A stretch of DNA of 64,000 bases from Camelus dromedarius (Eukaryota), in NCBI RefSeq assembly GCF_036321535.1, contig NC_087437.1, forward strand, positions 51,896,001-51,960,000, in the 5' to 3' direction. Every line of letters starts with the position of its first letter. Positions within the stretch are counted from its first letter, which is position 1. A program made the position numbers and the translations under genes. The notes under the pieces were generated by a model that had not been told where the DNA came from, ran no database searches, and was given only the letters and a program-made list of their open reading frames with translations. Positions 39,351 through 51,064 of the stretch are shown in pieces.

Positions 39351-40269
39351 CCCACACCAGTCACATTAGGCTGGCAGCTTGTCTCCAATCTTGCTTTGTA
39401 CTGCTTTTAGGCCCACTGTTCCCTCAGCTAGGAATTCTCCTTTCTCTCTGTCTACTGAAATCCTTTAGGACCCTAATAAGAGAGCACCTCCTCCCTTAAG
39501 TGTTCCCCACTTTCCCTCATATGTGATCCTGAATGACGGTCTCATACCTTTCTTATACTAGTCAAAACAGTCTGCCTTGTACTGTAGCTTTGTCTGTACA
39601 ATGAGTTCTTAGACAGAGTACCTGGAGGGCAGGGCTGTTTCTTACCCATCCTTGGGTCCTTCAGAGGCCTAGAAGTATAGTGAACCCGGTTGATGCTCAA
39701 TAAATGTCTGCCCAACTGAGTATTTTCTATATCTCCCTCCAGGAACATCTTCTGTGTTCTTCCTCCTTCTATTTTCTTGACCATAGTTCCCAGCAGGCGT
39801 AGTAAGATTTGTGCCCTGGGACCAGTATTATCTACAGTGGTGGGTCTGAAAACCAGTCTGTCCTGAAAGTGTTCATCTTTCTTTAGGAGGAACAAGAGAA
39901 ACATACTTTTTGTTTGCTTGTTTCATACATTTTAAAGATGTCCCCTTTATTTGAGAGTGTATCTCTCTTGTACTTTTGGTGTTAAGATGTATTTTTACAG
40001 AGCAATGTTGACGATAGTGAGAAAATAATAGTTGGTTTTCAGCGTGTGCCCTTACTGTCTTTACTTGGCAAAATAAAAAGTTAGTAATTCTATGTTCGTC
40101 TTTAAAAAGATTAAAATTAAAAATTTCTCGTTGCAAACTCCAAAAGCCTGGGAATCGACTGCCCTTTCGGGACTGGCTGAAGATAAGTTCATTTTCTTAA
40201 AGGCTAGATAAATTTATTGACATAGGGCTGGAGGAGGGTTTCTTTTCTCAAGGACTACCATTTATTGGT

Positions 40270-40900
40270 CCGCGCTCTTCCTCTGACGCTTCCATTCTCC
40301 CCAAGATGTTAATGACCCATTAAGTCCCTTGGACGGGAGAGTGTATCTCTGGCCCTTTAAATGGGGGCGTGGTGTAGAGGGGCGGACCGCCCAGGAGGGA
40401 CACGCGTGAGAAGAGGAAAGCGGAAGCGTGGCCTCCGGGTAGGTACTACGCGTGCGTGAGGCTAGAGCAGTGGGCGGGGTCACGTGGGCCCAGGGTCCTG
40501 GGCTGGGACGGCTGCAGGCTCAGGTAACCAATGTCCCGAGAGCGGGCGAGCGGGACTGTGGTAGAGGGGCTGTACCCGGGACGGGAGGGTGGCCTGCGCT
40601 GAGTCCCCGAGCTTCGGCCGTTTCCCCCGGGCAACAGTGGCGCGGCCTCGGAGCGGCTTATGGAACAGCCATTCACTGGCTGGCTGGACCCGGGCCCACT
40701 GGCCGGGCAGGGTTGACTCGGACGGACGGGCGTCCTCTGTTTGGCCTGGAACCGGGTTAAGCAGTTTCCGCTTGTTCCAAACAAATGTGAGGCCGAGGTA
40801 CAGGTGCACTCGCTCCCCCTGATTAGGAGACTTGCAGGCGGGTGATCACGCCCCTCCCCAACGCGGAACAGGTGTGCAGCCCGCCTTTGGGGCCTGGGCA
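40270..40900 (+). promoter_or_regulatory. VPS8: CpG-island, TATA-less promoter of VPS8
   Basis: Abrupt CpG/GC-dense block. It contains an inverted CCAAT (ATTGG 40264-40268, just upstream), ETS-type CGGAAG (40421-40426), GC box GGGCGGGG (40472-40479) and E-box GTCACGTG (40479-40486), followed by a splice donor at 40524. It is the strongest CpG island in the window and lies about 9 kb upstream of the first VPS8 coding exon. Confidence 0.88.
40450..40523 (+). other. VPS8: VPS8 non-coding exon 1 (5' end approximate)
   Basis: Donor CAG|GTAACC at 40523/40524 inside the CpG island. The TSS cannot be fixed from sequence alone. Confidence 0.7.
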
Positions 40901-43798
40901 CAGGTGTAGGTTCTTCCATCCCTCGAGGACTGGGATGAGTGTGCTTCCTGAGTGTGAGGCTGAGGCTCAGATGCGGTGTCCATCTCTCTGGATTGGTTTG
41001 CATCCTGTGAGGCTCGTTCCAGTTTCTTTCTGCTTGCAAGGTGTGCCCCACAGTGAGGGCAGCAGGGTCGCGGGGGTCTCTAACGTTTGAGGGCATTCTT
41101 GTGTCCTGGTTAGTTCTCCAAGTGTGGTACCTGGGGGAAACAGAGCTGCCTGAAGTGTTTTTGAGTGTGCTTCAGAGGAGAGTAGAGTGGGATGAAAAAG
41201 TATCTGTGAGAGAGACTCCATGGCAGTGTGTTATCAGGAGCTTCTGGGGAGCCTTCTCCAAACAGGCAGCCTCCTTCATACCCTCCTAATATTAGGCTGA
41301 TACTAGAATATTGAGGAAGGCTGTGTCCTCTCCCACACGCTCCTTACCTGCTCAAACAAAACAAACGTGGATGTTAACTTGTGGTACCAACTTTACTCCA
41401 GATGTCTGTGATTAGGAGATGATTACATATCGTGTGTGTTTGAAGGATCTCTAAATGGGGATGGAGGATCTACATACGTTTGTGTCAGATACAGGTTTGC
41501 TTATGGTTAAATTTAAGAAGAGTAGATGTTGAAGTCTCTGGCAATAGCTGGCATGTTCCATAGAATGCAGAATAAAGAGAAATGGGAGAAAAAATTCTGG
41601 TTGAACTATATTGGGCTTCATATGTCAATAGTATATTGATTATCCTTTATGCATTTCCTTTGTACCTGGACCAGCGTCAGCAGATGGATGTTTTCTGTCT
41701 TCTGGGATAGTGGGACATCTTGGTGATTTTTAACTGTATCCCACCCTTTCTTAGACATTTCAGCCATTGTGGCACAAAAATGTATGGGAATGAAAAGTAA
41801 GGCCTTTTGAACTTAATGAAGTATGTTTAACGTTTGATTTGTTTATACTTTCACAGAGTTTAGATAGCCTCTTCTCTTAACCCACAGCTTCAGGTGTCAT
41901 CTATATTATTTGTAAGAACACACTGTTCTATTTTTAAGTGAATCTTGAATTAATGTTTGAATTATCTTCATTCTCTATAACAGCTCTTGTGTTACATCAA
42001 GCTTAAGTACCCCAGTGAGAAGGGAAAACTCCTACTTCCAGTATTACAGGTATCAGGGAAGGACACTTGTTGGCCAGACTGGATAAAAGAATGTCATGTG
42101 CTTACTCTTCTGGCAAGGCAGATAGGGTATTTGATTGGCAGCACCACTAAAATTACATGGTTGGAGTGGAAGAGGAGCAGTTTTCCAAAGGAAAGATGGT
42201 GATGGTGCTGGGATATTTTAACCAAAATCAGATTTGTCTTTTCCTCTGCAGTTAATGAAACTTCCTCTTGCTCTTTCAAAAAAATTTTTTTCTTGTTTTG
42301 TGACTCTATCTTCTCCTTGACCCCCAACTAAAACAAATTGAGGTGATGATTTAATTTACTGGGAGTTAAGATGGGTGATAAGGCCAACATTTACTCAGCC
42401 TACAACTGAGTAGAATCCTATCTTTTGAACATTTAACTTGTAAGAATTCACCCATACCACTTCGGTGAAGAAAGGAAAGGGAATATATTTCAGCCTACAC
42501 AAGCCCCATGTGCTTCTTAGGAGGACTTCTCTGAGGTTGGGATTGGTCTTTGGAGAGAAATTCTTACAGTGTTGGAGACTTATTAGAAGCTGGAAAGAAG
42601 TAATGATTTTTCTCTCTCATTCATTGCATTTATCACCTCATACACATATTGATATAAAGCTGATGCATAATACTAGGGTTAGTGCACAGTGTAGATATTT
42701 GGAAACTTCTTTTTGTTGTTTTGTATATTATGGTAGGAAGTTAGATTTTGCTTTTCTAGGACGGGGCTTCTAGAAGGCTGTGTCTGACAGTTCCTTCAAG
42801 TAACAGCACCATGCACAGGTAGGTCTCAGACACTCATCCTTTCCCTCACTTGTTAACATTTGCTCTGTGTATACTTCCTAAGTTTTGAATGGTCACTCCT
42901 CTCATTTAGACATTTACTAAGAGAGAAGAGAAACAGAGAGCTTTGGGCTTTTTCATAGTGGCAGCTCTAAGCACTGTGGGCTGTATTTGCCTTCAGTGTG
43001 CCTATTTTTGGAAAGAAACTTGAGGGTCAAGTAAACAGCTCATCCCAGTACATAGTAGCATTGCATCTAACACAGAGTCTGTTTCTGAAGTCTGTGAGTA
43101 GGTTGGAGTGAAAGTGAAACTTGTGTATCCTTGAAAAGTACCTTGGAAATTGAGTATCCTCAAAGTACCCTGGGAAGGAGTCCTGTTGGAGATTGACATA
43201 TGATCTCTCAGGAAGTCTGACACAGCCACTTTTTGCTTCATGTTGGGAACAGCATGCTGTTTGTTACTTTGAGCACACGTGAAATGGATTACTTGTGTTT
43301 GAGGCATGTAAGAGCTGAGACTGACCGAAAGGTTGGAAGTTACCCATCTCTTCCCCCATGCACACACTGAAGTGTATAGTTATTGAGTGGAATGGTATTC
43401 AGAGTCTCTGGCTCTGTGTGAATCATCTCTTTTTTTATTTCTCTATTTGCTGAAGTTGAATTCCTGTATATTGAATGGACACATGATACCTTTTCACTAT
43501 TTTCCTCTTAGTTTATAAGCTGAATTGATGTAAAAAAAATGAAATATTTGAAATTGTGGTGTTTTTGTCAAGTTATATACAAACAAGATAATCATTAAAA
43601 AAACAGTGTTTGGGATTTAAAAAAAGATCTCACCTAGATGCAAAGAATGAAATTTGCAAGGTGGGAGGCTTCTGGGGCAGGATGACTAACTGTATCTTAC
43701 TTTGACCGGAACTGCTGTTTGAGGCTCTGGAAGCCAGTGATGCAGTGTTGTTTGGCTGCTTATACAGGGAGGAAGGGAGGGACAGATGCATGGGTAGG

Positions 43799-43833
43799 TG
43801 GATGGATGGTTGGATGGATGGATGGATTGATGG
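43799..43833. repeat. Imperfect (GGAT)n tetranucleotide repeat
   Basis: TGGATGGATGGTTGGATGGATGGATGGATTGATGG. Confidence 0.9.
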
Positions 43834-45780
43834 GGTGATTAGCTACAAGATAATTAGGCACTGGGAATACAATGGTGAAGAAAGGCAGATATGGGCTTTG
43901 TTCTCCTGGAACTTGCATTGTAGTTGAGGGAAGGGAATGATGGTTCAGACACTGAAAAAGTGATTGCCATGTGATAAGTGTAATAAAAGAAGAGAACAGT
44001 ATTATAGGTGCCTGTTGACAGGCAACCTGTTCTAGTTGAGCAGGGCAAAAAAGGCTTTTTTGAGGAAACAGAGTTTTGGCTAATACCTAAAGGATGAATG
44101 TGATCAGCTGTAGTTAACAGGCCTGATTACATAAAGGTGGAACTCAGTTATAACTTAGTTTATTATGGCATAGATTCTTGTATGCTGTGAGTCAGGTAAT
44201 ATCCTCTGAAGCTTAGCAATTACAGGTAATAAAACTGATATATTTAATTTGCAACACACGTGTTATTGCTGCCTTCCAGTTCTTGTGTTGATCAGCAGAT
44301 ATTTATTGAATGTCCACATAGCTATGCAAATCAATGAGCCCAGTGTTATGGGATATACAAAGATGCGTGGCCCCATTTTTATTGTACAGTTGGGGAGAAA
44401 AGATGTAGTTATATGGTAAGTTAACTAATGAATCAATGTGAGGAAAGTGCCAAGGCACCATTCTAAAGAAGATGTGCATTCTGGGTTCAGAGGATGCTTA
44501 GGGAAGGAAGCTCCCCAGAAGGATGGAAGGAAAGGAGGAATTCAGATAAATGTAGAGTGAAAAGGAAGATGACCGAGTGTGAGCAGACATGGAGGGAAAG
44601 TGGAAGCTATTCTTGGAGGACTCTAAATACAAATAATAAGTTTGGTTATAAAGGAACTATTATCCTGCCCAGAATGGCTTGGAATTTGGAATTTGGAATT
44701 TTATCCTGTAGGCATTGGGAGATGTTAAAAATGAGTCCATTTACCAGAGAAAGATAATAGAAAACCTATAGAAGTTAATTCTACTTCATCTTTCTTTACA
44801 AAACAAACCAGAAGATGACAAAACAAAACAAAGAAGTGGAAGAAGAGAAATACTAGGATTAGAAAGACCAGAAACACAGTTGGCATGTAAAATTGTTTCC
44901 ATATCATGATTTTGTGATATCTTTCAGAGTATATAGTATATTAAGAAAAAAACTTGGTTTGATTTCAATGTGATGTGAAAAGTGTCTCATGTGACTCTTT
45001 TAGGAGGAAAAGCATGTCAGTGAATTAAATAGGATCCTGGAACTTGAGAATAGTGGGGAATGTCTGCCAAGGTAAAAAACAAACAAACAAACAAAAAAAC
45101 CCCCAAATAACCGGTGGAAGAGTTCCACATTGTCCTGGCCTAACATAGGTCACATTCTAGAGTTCTTATGCAGTTGGACAGTATCATCATGGGGTCATTG
45201 CTATTTATATAGTACACATCTGTTTTAATGGTCCTTGAATCGTTGAATTCATTGACTGGGAATAATTAAGAGGGAGTAATCTTAGGAAGTATCAGGATAT
45301 CAGGCGATCTTCAGTTGGAACTGTTAAATTATTAGTTTATCAGCTCTCAGAAATGGACAACATAATGGGTAATCGTGATTCTGTAATATGCATTTTCTGT
45401 TAGATTAATCTAATTTTATCAGGGAGAGACTAAGAAACCACTGGTGTAACCTAACATGTAGTCTGCAGGTACTCTCTGGCCTGGCATCCCTTTAAGAACC
45501 GTAAAACACTAGATTACAGGATGGTTGGATGAAAACTAGTTATAGAATTGTATCTCAAGAGGAAATTGCCAGAGTTAATTGCTTTATACTCAGCACGTAA
45601 GTGATATCTGGAGACAGTAGCGCTTCAAGTGTGTAATATGAAGAGTCATGTATTAAGCATTTCATCATTGGTCTGCATAGTAGAATGAAGAGCTTGCTCA
45701 ATAAATATTTGGGCAACACCAGGTAACTATTTCAGAATATTGGCAATGTGGCCAGAAATAAATTAACTGAAGTTTATTAG

Positions 45781-46254
45781 TATATTCATTTCCTATTCCT
45801 GCTACAACAAATTACCACAAATTTAGTGGCTTAAAAAAAGTACAGATTTATTCTATAGTTCTGTAGTACCCAAGTCCAGCACTGGTCTTGCTAGGCTAAA
45901 ATCAAGCTGTGGCAGGGCTGGGACCCTTTGGAGGCTCTAGAAGAGAATCCATTTCCTTGTCTTTTGCAGCTTTTAGAGACTGTGTAAATGTTCAAAGCCT
46001 TGCAACATAGCGCTTCTCTGACCCTGCTTCTTTTGTCACTTTTCTTTCTCTGACACTGTCTTCTGCCTTCTCTTCCACTTTAAAAAAGACTCTAGTGGTT
46101 ACATTGGACCCATGTGGGTAATTCATGCTAATCTACTCAACTCAAGATCCTAACTTCTGCAAAGTTCCTTTTGCCATGTAAGGCAACACAGTCACAGGTT
46201 TTATGGATTAGGATGGACATCGTTGGGTATGTGGTAGGTATTCTGCCTACCACA
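45781..46254 (-). mobile_element. MLT1-type MaLR LTR in VPS8 intron 1
   Basis: Begins TATATTCATTTCCTATTCCTGCTACAACAAATTACCACAAA and ends ATTCTGCCTACCACA (reverse of TGTGGTAGGCAGAAT). Confidence 0.85.
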
Positions 46255-48604
46255 GGTAGATTCAGGCACAGCTCAGTTTCTAAAAAATTTACAGAAGCTG
46301 CTCCAGTGAACTCCCCTTTCCAAAAACAAACAAACAAAAAATCTGAACATGGTGGCCTTTTGATTCAGTAGGTCTATTTGGGTTGGAAAAATTTGCTAAC
46401 ATAAAGAAAGAAATAACTGCTGGTAAGTGGCAAAAGAGGAAGTTGATGCAAAAAAACATAATTTTAGAAAGAGTAAATAGTATAATTAAACATTTTTATT
46501 AAGTCTCTCATGCTCTGCTGGGGCCTGTACTAGTGTTAGACAGACAAAACCCCTACCACTCAGGTGTTTAAGAAACTTCTAATGTGATATAGAAGTATAT
46601 CCTTCTGGTAAGGTATCCTAATATTCTTAGCTCTAGCCAGACTTTTATAAAAGCACCAGATCTTGTTTCAAGATCTTTAACTTTAGAAGAATTTGGAAAT
46701 CTTGAGGAAATTTTAAGTGATAATAGCTAATATTTCTTGAAAATCTGTTCTGTGTTCAGGCATTCTAAATGCTTTACAGTCACTATGTCATTTATTCCTC
46801 ACAGTAACTGCAGAATAGATAGTTGCATTCCTAAGAGTCAGGACACTCAATTTTAAGTGACCCTCCCCATCACCCCACTCAAAAAAAGAAAAATTGGGAA
46901 GATGGGAGCGTATGTGGGCTTATATAGCCAAAATATCGGAAGGCTGTGGCCAGAGCAAACATCATAGAAGACTGGAACCTGGGGCCTGAGTGATAACAGG
47001 ACCCTCCTTCCTCCTCTTCTCTGGTTGTTTGTTGATTGCTTTCGTTCTTGCCAGAGAATCTGTACCTACAGTTTAAATTCTGTCGGTAAAGGCAGATCTC
47101 TAGTGACAGATACATGGAAGGTGTTTAGTTGGTTTGTGTTGAATAAGTGACCTTTTTTTTTTTTTTTGCAGAACAGGTCAGGTGGAAGGTGGGGGATACT
47201 GTTCAGACTTACTATTCATTGTTTAGAGAGCAGTGGAAATGGGTGTTCCTTACCAGTTCCATTTTAACGAATGCTGGTGAAGGACCCTGGCTATGTTGCA
47301 CAGTCTCTATTACTAAGGGATTTTTGATTGGCAGCCTCCACAACAACCATATGATTTGAAGGAGCCTTTCCCAGAACAAGAGGTGATGCTCTGGGCAAAC
47401 AGTACAAATGGCCACAATATTTCATCTTACAGATGTAGAAATAGAGGGGCTCAGAAAGGGTAGACAAATTGACCAAGGTCACAAATAGGAACTGGTAAAG
47501 TCCAGATTCAGATATGGTTTTAATTGACCCCGTGGCTTATGTTCTTTCTACTTTGCCACCACACCACGGTAACGAGCTCAGCCAGGAAGGATGGAAATGA
47601 AGTAGCCTGGCACGGCAGGATGATATTCTTCAGGGAATGCTTGGTTTCTTGGAACTTTTTCACTGTGGTACTGGTGTTCGCAGATACTGAGCTGTTCTGA
47701 GAACCGCTTATTAACTCCAGATAGAAGATATAAAAAGAGCCAGAAAAAAAATTGTTTTCCTTTCTGAGTTATTTTGGAGACACAAATGTGAAGAATGAAA
47801 CCTTTTTCAGTTATTAAATTGTGTTTGTTTTTGTTTTGCTATGTGGTCTTTTCCACTATTTTTTTTTTAAAGTATAAGAATAAAACTTAACAATCCCAGG
47901 AACCACTGAATGTGAATTTGTGCATGTTTGCAAACATTCCTTGACTAATTGAAATCATTTTTGCTAAGTGCTGCAAATAAGAGTGAACTTTATTAAAAAG
48001 TAACTTGTCATGAGCCAACTCAGTCTTCTTTGAAGAAAGGCTTATAAACACTAATATTGCTCCTGCCTTTGGCTCAGTGCAGAAGGAGAAGTACATTTAG
48101 TACGCAGATTGGAAAGATACTTTCAAATGTTGCCAGACTCAGAGTGCCCTCAGTTATGTCTCCTAGGCATGTATCTGTTAGCATGTGTTTGCAGGACAGA
48201 GCCTTAGAGCCTTATCTTCTGTAACACATGAAAGAAATTAGTCTCTATTTGGTAACATACCAAATGTACTAGCTAGAAAAATTGGTTTCAGCTCTTGAAA
48301 AATCAGTCTTCATGAGTCTATATTTCTTACACATAGAATTCATTTTTTTGTAGTAGGATAAAAATGAAATACTGAAGGAAGTGACATTCATTTTAAGTAG
48401 TACAAAAATGAGCCTAATTAGATAAAATTGTCAGTGAGTTTTGGGCATATTTCCTAAAGTACAATAACAGCAACTCATTTTCAAATCCCTTAAAAAAATT
48501 CTTTCAATGGCTCCATAGTTGTCAGCTTTTTTTTCAGCCCTCACTTCAGTAAGGAATAAGAGAAAGAGAAATTCGCATGGTGGGGAAGTCTGCTGACGTG
48601 GTCA

Positions 48605-48623
48605 TCGTGCCCCCTGCGGGTAG
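48605..48623 (-). promoter_or_regulatory. CTCF-like motif in VPS8 intron 1
   Basis: Minus strand CTACCCGCAGGGGGCACGA; a GC/CpG-retaining spot in an AT-rich intron. Confidence 0.5.
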
Positions 48624-49679
48624 TATGTAGTTTGAAAAAGCTTCTTACTGACTTACTGCTGGTTGCTGGGCACTGTAGAAACAGGTAGTCTAGAAAGCAA
48701 AATGACTTTTGTTTTTGTTATCATTACTATGGCATTGTTTCTATTTTTGTATTTTTGTTTTATTCTAAACAGGCAGAGCTAAGTCTAAGTGATAGACTTT
48801 TTGAAGTTTGGTCACTTGTAGCCTAATTATAGCACAATCTAAAAATATTTAAGAGCAAATTTAATTGTTAAACTTATAATTTTTTTTTCTGAATATATTT
48901 TTAGTTTTCTAGAGATTTTGCATACAATTGTTTTATGGACAATTTTCTAAGTAAACCAAATTACCTGTTTCTTTTTGATATAGTATTGTATCATTTAGAG
49001 ATATGAAAGATACAAGAAATTTGCATACATTTCTTTTTCTTTAGTATTTCAGTTTTCCCTGAAAATGTTTCTTTTTAGCCGCCTTTCTAGAAATCTCTAG
49101 TCAGCTGTGGAATGATTTTATCCTGGTGTCATTGTGTCTCCCCTAATAGATATGAACCTTTAGATTTGCTAGCATATTAAGTGACTAGCTATCCATTCTA
49201 GGCCCTCTGTGTCTACACTAAATTCCCTTAGAGATCTGTGGCCTTGTAGAGGATGGATGCTAGTGACAAAAATGGTCTATATGCTTAAGTTAAAGGAGAC
49301 CTGGAGATCTACTCTGAGGATTGGGAATGTGAAGGAGGGGTTAATTATAGCTTTGGGCACCAGCTACCCTCATGTGCTCAGGTACATAAATCTAGTTGGT
49401 ACCAGGTCTAATGGCTGAGCTTATCCCAGGTCTGTCACTATTACTAGACTTAGGACTTCGGCTGGTGGGCCACTTCCTAGACTCCTGAGTCAGATGTTCC
49501 TCCTTTGTGCTCCCATAGAAACCCTCCCCTCATAGCATACCCCATACCCTACTATTGATTTCTCTGCCCACAGTTAGATGATTAAATGAAGAATCAGTTT
49601 CCACAAAAGTCTGACCCAGTAAGTCTTTGGAATGTCCAACTGAGGCAATCTAAACGATATGTATTTTTTCTTTTTTCAG

Positions 49680-49771
49680 AAGAGATCGTCATTCAGTTCA
49701 TCATGATCTAAGGCCAAAAAACAAAACAAAAACTTGCTTGGATTGACTGAATACAGTTATTAAAAGTTAAT
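49680..49771 (+). other. VPS8: 5'UTR part of VPS8 exon 2
   Basis: Polypyrimidine tract TATTTTTTCTTTTTTCAG ending at 49679. An in-frame TGA at 49748-49750 lies upstream of the start codon. Confidence 0.8.
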
Positions 49772-49924
49772 ATGGAAAATGAACCAGACCACGAAAATGT
49801 GGAACAAAGCCTCTGTGCCAAGACTGCTGATGAAGAACTGAATAAGTCTTTCAATCTAGAAGCTTCACTTTCAAAATTCTCTTACATAGATCTGGACAAG
49901 GAACTGGAGCTCAAAAATGACCTG
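49772..49924 (+). CDS. VPS8: VPS8 first coding exon (exon 2): MENEPDHENVEQSLCAKTADEELNKSFNLEASLSKFSYIDLDKELELKNDL
   Basis: Strong Kozak AATATGG; 153 nt; donor CTG|GTAAAA. The peptide matches my recollection of the mammalian VPS8 N-terminus. Confidence 0.95.
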
Positions 49925-50712
49925 GTAAAAATTCAGCTTTTGTCAAGTGATGTTTAGCCAAAATGTTGGTTAGAGTATACTTTATGATCCAAAGATTCTA
50001 AATTTATCATTTTTGTGTGGATTAATAGGCATCTATATACAGTTTTATGAGATAGTATTACTCTTCATTTGTTGAGTTCATTATAGTTTATGAAACACTT
50101 TAATACGTCTTCTCATTTGAGCTCCACAGCATTCTGATAATCCACTTTATAGGGGAAAAAACTGAAATGCAGCTATGTTAAGTGACTTCTCAATATCATA
50201 CAGCTAGTGGTAGGTTTAGAATTCTTGTGCAATGATTCCCGCCCCCCCCCCAGTGATTTGATAGTGAATTAATAGTTTTTTGTGACCGTGGGAATATTCA
50301 ATGACAAGTTGTTTGACCTAATCACCTCCCACCATAATTTATGAAATGACTAAGAAATGTTATCCCTTTGTATATTGCTTATGACTTATGTCTAAACTTA
50401 GAAAATTAGGACTTGTCATAAATATGCTGTTTGACTCGTTTAAGAAAGCAGATGCCATAGCCTTTCAACAGAAGCTTTCTGGAAAAGGCTGTCAGGATGG
50501 TGCAGTCAGTGCATATTTGTCCTTGATAATCACTGAAAATAATTTCCTTTTGAGCTCTTATTATCATGGATTATTGAGTTTGTTTTCTGTGTGAAAAGTT
50601 TGGTGGTATGTTTGTCTCTTAATTGATAATGGTTCTAATCAGTTAAAACACCCTCATGATTATAAAAGGGAAAGCATCATTATGTGAGCATTAATTTCTT
50701 CTCTCTACTTAG

Positions 50713-50781
50713 ATTGATGATAAGGAGTTTGATATTCCTCAAGTTGATACTCCTCCAACACTGGAAAGCATACTCAATGAA
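50713..50781 (+). CDS. VPS8: VPS8 exon 3: IDDKEFDIPQVDTPPTLESILNE
   Basis: Acceptor TTTCTTCTCTCTACTTAG, donor GAA|GTAAGT; 69 nt, phase 0-0, continues the frame. Confidence 0.95.
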
Positions 50782-50859
50782 GTAAGTATATGTTAATGAT
50801 CACTATCATTTTATGGCATTTATTTTAATACTTCTGGGTTATAGTGTATTTATCTAGAT

Positions 50860-51064
50860 CTGTATTGTATAATATGGGAGCCACTAATCACATGTGGCAA
50901 TTTCAATTTAAATTGATGACCGTTAAGTAAAAATGGAAAATTCAGTTGCTGAGTTGTACAAGGCACACTTAATGGGGTCAGTAGCCACTTGAAGTGGCTA
51001 CTCCAGTGGACAGCATAGACACAGGATGTTTCCATCGTGCAGAAAGTTCTGTTGGACAGTGCTG
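50860..51064 (-). mobile_element. MER3-like hAT-Charlie MITE
   Basis: GCCACTAATCACATGTGGC...AAAGTTCTGTTGGACAGTGCTG; perfect 8-bp TSD ATCTAGAT at 50852-50859 and 51065-51072. Confidence 0.88.

Noticed and set aside
1..40200. Numerous 60-190 aa ORFs in the six-frame track
   Set aside because: No recognisable protein families. Many start at non-ATG codons or overlap repeats and microsatellites, and I saw no coherent splice chain. They are the expected background in GC-rich DNA.
40446..41096. 216-aa antisense ORF over the CpG island
   Set aside because: Stop-codon depletion in GC-rich DNA; Pro/Arg/Ser-rich with no domain signature.
45004..45071. Another AG...GT bounded segment in intron 1 (similar ones near 41984-42049 and 47171)
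   Set aside because: Short or weak pyrimidine tract or weak donor; such pseudo-exons are common by chance.
49772..49957. 61-aa ORF as a stand-alone gene
   Set aside because: It is VPS8 exon 2 read through the donor at 49925 into the intron.
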